Virus record (IMG/VR): IMGVR_UViG_3300045988_159944 | Length of the DNA stretch: 40,587 nucleotides | Reading direction: 5' to 3' (one strand) | Source: a virus | Shown here: positions 1 to 7,559 of the stretch, piece after piece | Layout of the letters: each line of letters starts with the position of its first letter | Position numbering within the stretch: the first letter of the stretch is position 1 | Notes under the pieces: generated by a model | Told to the model about the DNA's origin: nothing | Databases searched by the model: none | Seen by the model: only the letters and a program-made list of their open reading frames with translations | Program-made: the position numbers and the translations under genes

Positions 1-55
1 ACGGGGAGCAGGACGGTAGCGAAACGTCTAGCAAGTTGCTAGCAAACAGCCAAGC
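1..55. repeat. Terminal redundancy, identical to 40533..40587 (circular closure or assembly overlap)
   Basis: Compared base by base: acggggagcaggacggtagcgaaacgtctagcaagttgctagcaaacagccaagc occurs at both ends. Confidence 0.95.
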
Positions 56-572
56 AAAAACGTGGCATAAAACCGATACCTATACCGATATACCCTTCCC
101 GACCCCTCCCGCCGGCAAACCGAAGCAAACCGGAACCGAACCGCCGGACGCCGGCTACGAGCGGCTCGCCGAAACCTATCCCGGCACCGTCGGCACGAAA
201 GGCCGCAAACCCGACCTCGAAGCCCGAAGCCTGTACGCGAAAATCGCCGAGAACCCCGCCCAGCTCGCCCGACTCCAATCCGCCGTCCGCCGATACCAGC
301 GAGCCGTCAACGACGGCCAAATCCGCACGGGACACATCCCACGGCTCAACACATGGCTCCGCGACCAATGGCAGACCTGGGCACCCGAACCCACCACACC
401 AACCCGACCACACCGCCACACCTGGGACTGCGAACACGTCCACCGGATCATGGACCCCCACGAAAACGAATACGACCACACCGGCAGCCTCCGCACCGGC
501 AACCCAAGCGAATGGTACAAAGCCTGCGTCCAGGCAGCCAACCAACTCAACGAACAGGAGAAACAATCATGA
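1..572 (+). CDS. Replisome-organizer / replication-initiator-like protein, 3' part of the wrap-around gene join(40025..40587,56..572)
   Basis: The frame of ORF 36..572 is continuous with the open frame from ATG 40025 once the 55-bp duplicate is removed (total 1080 nt). The C-terminal part has the YxxLxxxYP...K..K...A...Y.K / ...P.L..WL.dq.W pattern seen in phage DnaD-like or replisome-organizer C-terminal regions. Confidence 0.65.
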   Translation, partial: GEQDGSETSSKLLANSQAKTWHKTDTYTDIPFPTPPAGKPKQTGTEPPDAGYERLAETYPGTVGTKGRKPDLEARSLYAKIAENPAQLARLQSAVRRYQRAVNDGQIRTGHIPRLNTWLRDQWQTWAPEPTTPTRPHRHTWDCEHVHRIMDPHENEYDHTGSLRTGNPSEWYKACVQAANQLNEQEKQS

Positions 573-1960
573 GCAACTACCACCAGAGCAACGAAATCAA
601 GCTCATCAACCCCAGCCTCATCGACCCACACCCAGACAATCCACGCAAAAACATCGGCGACGTGACCGACCTCGCCGCCAGCATCAAAGCCAACGGACTC
701 CTCTCACCCCTCAGCGTCGTACCCAACGGCAGCCGCTACCGTGTCATCGCCGGCCACCGCAGGCTCGCCGCATGCAAACAGGCCGGAACCGGAGCCATCC
801 CATGCTTCGTGCTCCAGCTCGACCCATTGCAGCAGCTCGAAGCCATGGTCACGGAGAACACGCAGCGTGAGCAGTTGACCGTGCTTGAGGAGGCTGACGC
901 CATCCAGGGCATGCTCGATCTGGGAGCCACCACCGCCGGCGTGGCGCATCGGCTCGGCCGAAGCGCCGACTACGTGCGTGACCGCGCCAAGGCCGCCAGC
1001 ATCGACAACGAGGTCAGAGCGACCCGTGACGACTTCTCCCAGCTCACCATCGGCCAGCTCGTGGCCATCGCACGATACGACGGCCAGCCGGATCGGCAGA
1101 AGGAGCTCGCGCAGGCGGCCGGCACCCCGAACTTCGACTACGTCCTCCACAACATCGAACGCGAGGACCGTGCCCGCCGATGGCTCGAATCGGTCGCCGC
1201 GCTCCTCGGGGACGAAACCAACGGCCTTAACCTCATCCCGGAACCGGAAAAACCGTTCAACGACCCCGAATGGCGTTACGACGGCTGGGTCGGCGCGGCC
1301 TCCGGCACACCCGAAGAGACGTTGGAGTACCTCCGGGAGCAACGACCCGACGCAGTCTCCATCCACGAGGAGACCCGCCAGATCTACCTGTGGCACCGCC
1401 GGGACCGGGCCGCCGCCTCCGCCGAGGAGGAACGACGGGCGCTCGAACGGGCCGAACGCGACGCGAGGATCCATGCGCTCGAGGAATACGCCGCCGCCTC
1501 CGCCTCCAAACGCATGGCATGGCTCCACAGCCATCTCCACGCCATCAAACGCTCCCAGCTCATCGAAACGGCCGCGAAGCTCGGACTCCTGCAAATCACC
1601 GACCCCATCCCAGGCGGTCTCGTCGACGCCCTCACCAGCTGGAACGACCACACCGGCAGCCGCGAGGAATACGAGAAGATCACCGGCATCCCCGCCGCGG
1701 ACGCCCCGCACACCGCCCACACCATCCTGCAAACCTCCGACTGGCCACCGGAGGCCGTATCCATCCTCGCCAGCCGCATCGAATGGTTCATCGAACCATC
1801 CGACTGGACCGACGTCAACGACACCAGCCGCCGCATCCCCGGCTACTACCAGATCCTCCAAGACATCGGATACCAGCCCGCAGACGACGAAACCAGCCAC
1901 CTCGACCAACTCATCGCCGCCATCACGGAAGCCGACCAAGACGAAGAGAACGACCAATGA
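569..1960 (+). CDS. ParB-like nuclease domain (ParB/Srx N-terminal) protein
   Basis: ATG 569 overlaps the upstream stop (ATGA), with aggag upstream. The N-terminus reads IDPHPDNPRK...LAASIKANGLLSPLSV...YRVIAGHRRLAAC, a classic ParB-box GxRR motif. The long C-terminal extension is of unknown function. Confidence 0.85.
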   Translation: MSNYHQSNEIKLINPSLIDPHPDNPRKNIGDVTDLAASIKANGLLSPLSVVPNGSRYRVIAGHRRLAACKQAGTGAIPCFVLQLDPLQQLEAMVTENTQREQLTVLEEADAIQGMLDLGATTAGVAHRLGRSADYVRDRAKAASIDNEVRATRDDFSQLTIGQLVAIARYDGQPDRQKELAQAAGTPNFDYVLHNIEREDRARRWLESVAALLGDETNGLNLIPEPEKPFNDPEWRYDGWVGAASGTPEETLEYLREQRPDAVSIHEETRQIYLWHRRDRAAASAEEERRALERAERDARIHALEEYAAASASKRMAWLHSHLHAIKRSQLIETAAKLGLLQITDPIPGGLVDALTSWNDHTGSREEYEKITGIPAADAPHTAHTILQTSDWPPEAVSILASRIEWFIEPSDWTDVNDTSRRIPGYYQILQDIGYQPADDETSHLDQLIAAITEADQDEENDQ

Positions 1961-2160
1961 CCAGGGAACAACTCGAAAGACTCGCCCAACTCCTCACCGA
2001 CACAGCCCAGACCGCCAGCACAATCGAACTGCGAGCGCTCGCCGGTGGCAAGGCTGATAACGGCATTGCCGCGATGGCCTCCGGACTGAGAGCCAACTGC
2101 ACTTCATGTTTGGTGCTGGTCAATGGCCTGATGCAGGAGGTGTCGTATGGGCGAGTTTGA
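1957..2160 (+). CDS. Hypothetical protein (67 aa)
   Basis: ATGA overlap with the ParB-like stop. It ends inside the start region of the next gene, which suggests operon coupling. Confidence 0.5.
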   Translation: MTREQLERLAQLLTDTAQTASTIELRALAGGKADNGIAAMASGLRANCTSCLVLVNGLMQEVSYGRV

Positions 2161-2542
2161 GGATTCCAAGCGCATCGCACTGCAACGTCAGGGTTGGCAT
2201 TGCCTCCGCTGCGGGGCGAACATCCATGATCCGTCCCGTTGGCCTGGGCGCAGTGGCCATCACAGGCAGTTGCGTCGTGCGGCGGATCCGGATGTGCGGC
2301 ACAGTCCGGCGAACATCGTCGAGTTGTGCGGCAGCGGTGACACGGGCTGCCATGGGTGGGTCCACCGGCATGTGGCGGAGGCGGAACGGCTGGGGCTGAT
2401 CGTGCCGTTCGGCATGGATCCGCTCGCCATTCCCGTGCGTGACTGGCGGGGGAAGTGGTTCCGGCTCAACCAGGACGGGACAGCCGTCGCACTCACCCAG
2501 ACCGAAATCATCCTCCTCCAGACGAAAGGAAACCAACAATGA
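2147..2542 (+). CDS. HNH endonuclease
   Basis: aggagg RBS upstream. Motifs: CLRCG...GHHRQ.R.......NIVELC...CHGWVH (HNH with a Cys zinc knuckle). Confidence 0.85.
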   Translation: MGEFEDSKRIALQRQGWHCLRCGANIHDPSRWPGRSGHHRQLRRAADPDVRHSPANIVELCGSGDTGCHGWVHRHVAEAERLGLIVPFGMDPLAIPVRDWRGKWFRLNQDGTAVALTQTEIILLQTKGNQQ

Positions 2543-3105
2543 GCGAAGAAGCGACCAAGCCGGACGTGCTCCTGTGGCTGGACTTCGAGACCACCGGCAT
2601 CGATAGGGCGTCGTCCCTCCCGTTGGAGGTCGGCATGGAATGCACCGACGTGCTGGGCGAACAGTCGTATGGTTCGCTGCATCGCATCATCCGCCCGGCC
2701 GGTCTGGACCTGTTGGACATGAGTCCGATCGCGTTCTCGATGCACACCGACAACGGGCTGCTGTACGAGTTGCTGAACGGCTCGCGCAACAACGATAGCG
2801 TGGGCGCCGTGGCGAATGCGGTGGAGGAGTACCTCGACTCGCTTTCGCAACGTTTCACGCTGGTTCCGGCGGGAACGAACGTGGATTTCGACCTCGATTT
2901 TCTCAAGCGTCTGAACCTGAATCCGGACGCGTGGCTGAGTTACCGCAAGTTCGATCTGACCACATTGCGTCGCTATCTCACGTTCCTGGATTGTCCCGAG
3001 GACCCGTACAAGGGGCATAACGGCTCGCACAGGGTGCGTGATTGCATCCGTCGCGACATCAACGACTACCGGTGGTACCGCGAACTCCTGAAAGGGGCAT
3101 GGTGA
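2539..3105 (+). CDS. DEDDh 3'-5' exonuclease, oligoribonuclease-like
   Basis: ATGA overlap start. Motifs: LLWLDFETTGID (ExoI), NVDFDLDFL (ExoII), and HRVRDCIRRDINDYRWYRE (H-x4-D ExoIII, with an Orn-like C-terminus). Confidence 0.8.
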   Translation: MSEEATKPDVLLWLDFETTGIDRASSLPLEVGMECTDVLGEQSYGSLHRIIRPAGLDLLDMSPIAFSMHTDNGLLYELLNGSRNNDSVGAVANAVEEYLDSLSQRFTLVPAGTNVDFDLDFLKRLNLNPDAWLSYRKFDLTTLRRYLTFLDCPEDPYKGHNGSHRVRDCIRRDINDYRWYRELLKGAW

Positions 3106-3179
3106 TGAATGCGATCGTCGCGGCGCTCCTGCCGTTCGGCGTGATCATCCTGACCGGCTTGACCGGAGGCCGGCCATGA
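3105..3179 (+). CDS. Possible 24-aa hydrophobic micro-protein
   Basis: ATG overlaps the upstream TGA, and its own stop overlaps the next ATG (ATGA). Sequence is MNAIVAALLPFGVIILTGLTGGRP. The only support is the coupling geometry. Confidence 0.3.
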   Translation: MNAIVAALLPFGVIILTGLTGGRP

Positions 3180-3427
3180 CGGTCCAGGCGCACACGGCAT
3201 GGCGATACCGGAATCCCGCCGACCTGATCGGCCGGCGATGCATCGCACTCACCCGCATGGACGTCACGTTGGACGGCCCACTGGACCTGATCCGGTTGAG
3301 CCCGGTCCACGCGGTCCTGAAATACCAGGGCATCGGCCTGCACATCATCGACTGCGACCTGCGCCACCACACGAACAAGCCCGCCGACGGCATCCGGACC
3401 GTCATCATCACGGAAAGCAAACCATGA
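3176..3427 (+). CDS. Hypothetical protein (83 aa)
   Basis: ORF with ATGA coupling at both ends. Confidence 0.55.
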   Translation: MTVQAHTAWRYRNPADLIGRRCIALTRMDVTLDGPLDLIRLSPVHAVLKYQGIGLHIIDCDLRHHTNKPADGIRTVIITESKP

Positions 3428-3678
3428 AACACATGAGAAACATCATCCATCCGCACATCAGGAAATGGCACAAGACCAGCCCATGCCCATACTGCGGCAC
3501 AAGGAAACCCAACATCGAACACTACGCCCGAATCATCGGAGCCACGACCCGCTTCTTCTGGATCGCCAAATGCCGTGGATGCCCGAACGCCATCTGGATC
3601 ACGACCCCGGACGACGACATCAAAACCGCAATACGCGGATGGAACCGATACGCCAACGGAGAATGGCGCAAGCGATAG
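3424..3678 (+). CDS. Lar-family-like zinc-ribbon protein (candidate restriction alleviation)
   Basis: Internal ATG 3424 is coupled to the upstream stop. The pattern PCPYCG...x24...C.GC......DDDIKTAIRGWNRY resembles the CPFCG...C..C...eeAi.aWNrr signature of the Lar family. Confidence 0.5.
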   Translation: MKHMRNIIHPHIRKWHKTSPCPYCGTRKPNIEHYARIIGATTRFFWIAKCRGCPNAIWITTPDDDIKTAIRGWNRYANGEWRKR

Positions 3679-3690
3679 GAGGAAACCGAA

Positions 3691-4029
3691 ATGAAAAGAA
3701 AAACCAGGATGGCGCTCGCCGCCAACGGGAGGGAGGAACGCGATACGCGGAACACGTTCCGATGCCGACGCGGCGAACTCACCACGAGTGACATGAGGGA
3801 GAGGGATAAGGTCCTCAGCGAACTCATCGAATGGCTTGGCGGGGAACGTGATTACGTGCTGCAATGGCGCGGGAAGGATGGGAAGGGCCTTGTCAATGAC
3901 CCGGTGCGGCCGGTTGATTTTTGGACGCATGAAGCAAACGTCTTCGCACGCGTGATTCGTCACTGTGAATCCATGCTCGGTCATGGCGGGCCAATGCCCA
4001 CGGAAGTGAAAGCAAGGGGTGTGAAATGA
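3691..4029 (+). CDS. Hypothetical protein (112 aa)
   Basis: ggagga RBS 6 nt upstream. The stop overlaps the next start. Confidence 0.55.
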   Translation: MKRKTRMALAANGREERDTRNTFRCRRGELTTSDMRERDKVLSELIEWLGGERDYVLQWRGKDGKGLVNDPVRPVDFWTHEANVFARVIRHCESMLGHGGPMPTEVKARGVK

Positions 4030-4415
4030 GTGGGAGACGCAATCTGGCGGCGGCTCATGCCGGGTACATGACCTGGGATCCGCCGGAGGTCCGTTGCCGT
4101 GGATGCGAGTGCCGCTTCGACTCGTGGCAGGCGTTCGGCGAGCACGTGGACAGGCTGTTCTCGGCCCCGCCGCGGTCCAGGGCGCAGGCCGTGAAGGACG
4201 TGCTGGCCGACCATCTGGGTGACTTCGATTCGGAAGGCGTCCTCGGGCCGTGCATCAACGGCCATGGCCGCATCGTTTGCGGTTGCGGCTGGATGGCGAG
4301 GGGCTCGGACATCGAGGACTGGTATGGCCATCTCGCCACTGCGATCCAGACCGGGCTGGACGGCGTGGCCGCCGAAGCGATCGGGGGACACGCGACCGAT
4401 GAGCCGGGCGAGTAA
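4026..4415 (+). CDS. Hypothetical Cys/His-containing protein (129 aa)
   Basis: ATGA-coupled ORF containing CRGCEC and CGCG clusters. Confidence 0.55.
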   Translation: MSGRRNLAAAHAGYMTWDPPEVRCRGCECRFDSWQAFGEHVDRLFSAPPRSRAQAVKDVLADHLGDFDSEGVLGPCINGHGRIVCGCGWMARGSDIEDWYGHLATAIQTGLDGVAAEAIGGHATDEPGE

Positions 4416-4425
4416 GGGGACGGGT

Positions 4426-4602
4426 ATGGAGGACAGGATGCTCAGATCCCGTGAGGCCGCGCGGATGATCGGGATCTCGCCTAGGACGTTGGCGAAGTGG
4501 CGTCAGAGGGGCATCGGCCCGCAATGCGTGAGATTGGGATACAACCTCGTGATCTACCGCCTCTCGGACATCGACGCATGGATACGGGAGCATGAGGCAT
4601 AG
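4426..4602 (+). CDS. Excisionase/MerR-type (HTH_17-like) small DNA-binding protein
   Basis: aagggga RBS. Sequence is MLRSREAARMIGISPRTLAKWRQRGIGP..V.LG....YRLSDIDAWI. Confidence 0.75.
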   Translation: MEDRMLRSREAARMIGISPRTLAKWRQRGIGPQCVRLGYNLVIYRLSDIDAWIREHEA

Positions 4603-4679
4603 AAAAGAGCCCACCGTCTCCGGCGGGCCCTGGCATCATCACCAACCAGCCTACACCACCGGAAGCGGGAATCGAACAA

Positions 4680-5540
4680 ATGAACGAACCAACCAACGAA
4701 TCCCAACCAACGCCAAGCCAGATACAACCAGCACAAACTAACCCAAACAAGCCGGCGCCCGCTGGCATGTGCCAAGTGTGCGGCAGGGAGTGCCGCATCC
4801 GGACCACACTCTGCGAAGGGTGCGAGATCACCTTGAAGGGTTGGATCCGCGACTATCCCGTCTGGATCCGTGCCCTGCGTGAATTCCTGGATTCGACCGC
4901 CCACTATGGTGGACGTCAGTCCTGGCGCGTCAACCTGCCGGCCGCACCCACGCCGATTAGACTGTCGGTTATCGACCATCTGCGGGAGATCGAGGATGCG
5001 ACGACCGCGTTATGGCGCCGGCTATATGCGCCGCCGGCCATGCCATGGGCCACGAGCATCGTCCACCCGCCGATCGTGGACATGCTGAAGGCCTGCTGGT
5101 CATGCCGTCGACTGAACCGCCTACCGGACATCGGGCTCATCTATGACGACTGGCGGCGGCTGGCACGCAGGACCCTCAGCGTCATCGACGTGCCACCCGC
5201 CAAACACGGCATCGGCAGATGCCTGAACCCGCTGTGCGGCGTGAAACTAACGGCGGAGGTCGGAGCGGCAAGCGTCGCATGTCCCGTATGCGGCAACGTT
5301 TACCGCGTGGTGGACGTGCGGTTGGGATTCCTGAGGGAGTGCATCGAATCGGGCAGGGCGTTCACGGCGGGGGAGTGCGCGGAGCTGTTGCGCGAATGCG
5401 GATTCCAATGCAATGCGAACACGATTCGCTCATGGCGCAAGCGCGGCAGGATCCAGCCGGCCGGCCAGAACGAGAAGGGCCGGCCGTTGTACCGGCTTTC
5501 CGACGTCCACCGGCAGGTGTCGCGACGCGACTCGATTTGA
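4680..5540 (+). CDS. Multi-zinc-ribbon protein with a C-terminal HTH_17-like domain (candidate regulator)
   Basis: CxxC pairs are present (CQVCGREC..C.GC; CLNPLCG...CPVCG). The C-terminus ECAELLRECGF..NANTIRSWRKRGRI.....G.PLYRLSDV resembles the protein encoded at 4426..4602. It is the last gene before a strong hairpin and the packaging genes. Confidence 0.65.
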   Translation: MNEPTNESQPTPSQIQPAQTNPNKPAPAGMCQVCGRECRIRTTLCEGCEITLKGWIRDYPVWIRALREFLDSTAHYGGRQSWRVNLPAAPTPIRLSVIDHLREIEDATTALWRRLYAPPAMPWATSIVHPPIVDMLKACWSCRRLNRLPDIGLIYDDWRRLARRTLSVIDVPPAKHGIGRCLNPLCGVKLTAEVGAASVACPVCGNVYRVVDVRLGFLRECIESGRAFTAGECAELLRECGFQCNANTIRSWRKRGRIQPAGQNEKGRPLYRLSDVHRQVSRRDSI

Positions 5541-5578
5541 CAAAATCGAAGGTGCAACGCAGAATTGTCAATGGATCA

Positions 5579-5615
5579 GAGGGTCCAAACCGAGGTGTAA
5601 ACGGTTTGGACCCTC
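5579..5615 (+). terminator. Perfect 14-bp stem hairpin at the end of the early operon
   Basis: gagggtccaaaccg-N9-cggtttggaccctc. There is no clear T-tract, so intrinsic-terminator function is uncertain. Confidence 0.45.
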
Positions 5616-5888
5616 CTCATATCCGCCAATGGATTCTCCCAACCCCGTGGGCCGTAGGCCCGTTCCGTCCGACCGGCATGTCAGACACGCTTGCCTGTGG
5701 GCGCGACCCGAAATCGCGTGCGTACCGGGTTCCAATCGCGTAATCCGTTCAGGTCGGATTACGGTTCGCCTTCGTAGGAATCAGTGGTGGATCATACCGG
5801 CCGCGGATCCCTAACGGGTCCCCCTCCTCGCGGCCGCGTGTGTGAGGGTCCGAATCCCGACGAAGGCGTCCCATGCCACCTGACCCCG

Positions 5889-6224
5889 ATGAGTGGATGG
5901 CGGTGGATGCGCAATCAGATGAACTGGAACAGCAGTGACAGGAGATTCAGGCTCCCCGACGATTGGGAGAAGCGCAGGGCCATGGTCAAGGCTCGTGCTC
6001 ATGGACGCTGCGAAGCAAGAATCCACGCGAAGGATTGCGATGGGATCGGGACCGATTGCGACCACATCGTTCCCGGAGACAATCATTCGCTGGATAATCT
6101 GCAATGGCTGAGCTATGCTTGCCACAAGGCGAAGACGGCGCTCGAAAGCGCCGAAAGGAACAGAAGATACAAGAAACTGAGAAGTCATCCGAATGAACGA
6201 CACCCGGGTCTGATCGGCCGATGA
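5889..6224 (+). CDS. HNH endonuclease (terminase-associated type)
   Basis: Motifs: RC....H......DCDHIVPG.....DNLQWLS.ACHKAKT. It lies just upstream of the packaging genes. The start is uncertain (ATG 5889, 5907 or 5919; the ORF is open from 5784). Confidence 0.8.
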   Translation: MSGWRWMRNQMNWNSSDRRFRLPDDWEKRRAMVKARAHGRCEARIHAKDCDGIGTDCDHIVPGDNHSLDNLQWLSYACHKAKTALESAERNRRYKKLRSHPNERHPGLIGR

Positions 6225-6517
6225 ACGGGTGACGATGCCGGTGGGGGAGGACTCCGCCGGCGTCTACCCCATAACCGCCGATAGCAACTCAGGTCATACA
6301 TACGCCTTTCCGTCCCGTTTTTCGCGGTCCCATGTTTTTCCGACCATTCGTCGAGATGACCCCACATATCCCGGTCCACGCGCCGCACAGGCATGGCGCA
6401 GCGTTCCCCCACGCCTTCCGGTGATTCTCAGACAAATGTTTTTTACTGATGTCACGAAATAATAAAAACCATTGGAAATATTGATATTCGGCGTTTTACG
6501 AGAGAAAAACAAATATA

Positions 6518-7135
6518 ATGGGGAGCGTGAACACCTGCGAAACATGCGGAATCGAGCTCCCCGAACAGACCGGACGCGGCAGACGTCGCCGTTACTGCTC
6601 CGACGCATGCCGCAAACAGGCCAACCGCAGTAAACTCACCCCTCCGGCGCGCATGGCGATGGCGGACCGCTGGGTCAGATGGCGCAAGGTCGTCCGCGGC
6701 GACGGAACGACGAAGATCCCGCTGACGATAGACGGGACCACGGCCTCCAGCACCGACCCCGGCACATGGAGCACGTTCGGGGCGGCCGAGGCATCCACCG
6801 TGGGCGACGGACTCGGCTTCGCGCTGGGCGGCGGAATCGCCTGCATCGACCTCGACCACTGCTACGACTCGCGCGGATACCTCGCCGACTGGGCCAAATG
6901 CCTCATCGCACCGGTCGAGGGAAAGACCTGGATCGAGATAAGCCCCAGCGGCGACGGCCTGCACATCTGGGGACTGATGCCGGAACGCACCGGAATCAAG
7001 GTGCGCGGCATCATGAACGCCGAAGCCTACAGCCAAGGCCGCTACATCACCGTCACCGGACGCACGTTCCGCGATTCGCCGGCCAGACTGGCCGACCTCA
7101 CGTTCCCCTTCGACCTGCTCGACAGGCTCAGATGA
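6518..7135 (+). CDS. Zinc-ribbon plus Prim-Pol (bifunctional primase/polymerase N-terminal-like) domain protein
   Basis: Motifs: CETCG...RRRYCSDACRKQANR; W..WR......K.P....G...S..DP.TWSTF..A; GLGFALGGGIACIDLDHC (DxD); EISPSGDGLHIW (sGxGxH); YITVTG. No helicase domain follows. Confidence 0.65.
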   Translation: MGSVNTCETCGIELPEQTGRGRRRRYCSDACRKQANRSKLTPPARMAMADRWVRWRKVVRGDGTTKIPLTIDGTTASSTDPGTWSTFGAAEASTVGDGLGFALGGGIACIDLDHCYDSRGYLADWAKCLIAPVEGKTWIEISPSGDGLHIWGLMPERTGIKVRGIMNAEAYSQGRYITVTGRTFRDSPARLADLTFPFDLLDRLR

Positions 7136-7139
7136 CCTT

Positions 7140-7559
7140 ATGAACGGAGGAAGCATGGCCAAGGACGCATCCTCCCACCGCATGCCGGCCGGACTGATCA
7201 AAAACGGCCGCGGCCAAAGGCTCTGGCACGACATCACCGCGAAATGGGAGCTCACCGAAAGCGAATACCGCACGCTGGAGAACGCCTGCTACACCGCCGA
7301 CCGCATCGGACGCATCCGCAGGGCCCTCGGCGACGAGCTCACCACCGAAGGAAGCCAGGGACAGCTCGTCGTCCACCCGCTCCTGCCCGAACTGCGCCGC
7401 GACGAGACCCATCTGGCCGACCTGCTCAAACGAATCGACATGCCGGAACCCGAGGAACAGTCGGAAGATGCCTCGTCCGACGGCGGCAGGTCCAGCCGGA
7501 TGCGCGCCACCGTCAACAGACGATGGCACGACAGCAAATGGGAGAAAGCCTACGGCTGA
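7140..7559 (+). CDS. Terminase small subunit (P27-family-like)
   Basis: Its position is directly upstream of, and overlapping, the large subunit start. Motifs: G..LW.DI...WEL...E...LE.AC...D....R..L. Alternative start at ATG 7155 after ggagga. Confidence 0.7.
   Translation: MNGGSMAKDASSHRMPAGLIKNGRGQRLWHDITAKWELTESEYRTLENACYTADRIGRIRRALGDELTTEGSQGQLVVHPLLPELRRDETHLADLLKRIDMPEPEEQSEDASSDGGRSSRMRATVNRRWHDSKWEKAYG

Noticed and set aside
704-1957. Long minus-strand ORF (417 aa) antisense to the ParB-like gene. Similar cases are 9136..10215, 10724..12013, 11484..13253, 24103..25053 and 26098..26691.
   Set aside because: These are typical shadow ORFs of high-GC coding sequence. They are Gly/Val/Arg/Ala-rich and low-complexity, have no RBS, and each lies fully within a plus-strand gene that has clear motifs and operon coupling.
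5690-5880. tRNA-like T-loop motifs (ggttccaatc and gggtccgaatccc) in the non-coding region upstream of the HNH gene.
   Set aside because: The flanking bases do not form T-stems or acceptor stems, and no cloverleaf can be drawn.
6514-6519. TATAAT hexamer as the -10 box of the Prim-Pol gene promoter.
   Set aside because: It overlaps the ATG at 6518, so transcription from it would start inside the ORF. The nearest TTGATA is 27 nt upstream, which is a non-canonical spacing. It is left only as part of the AT-rich candidate regulatory patch.
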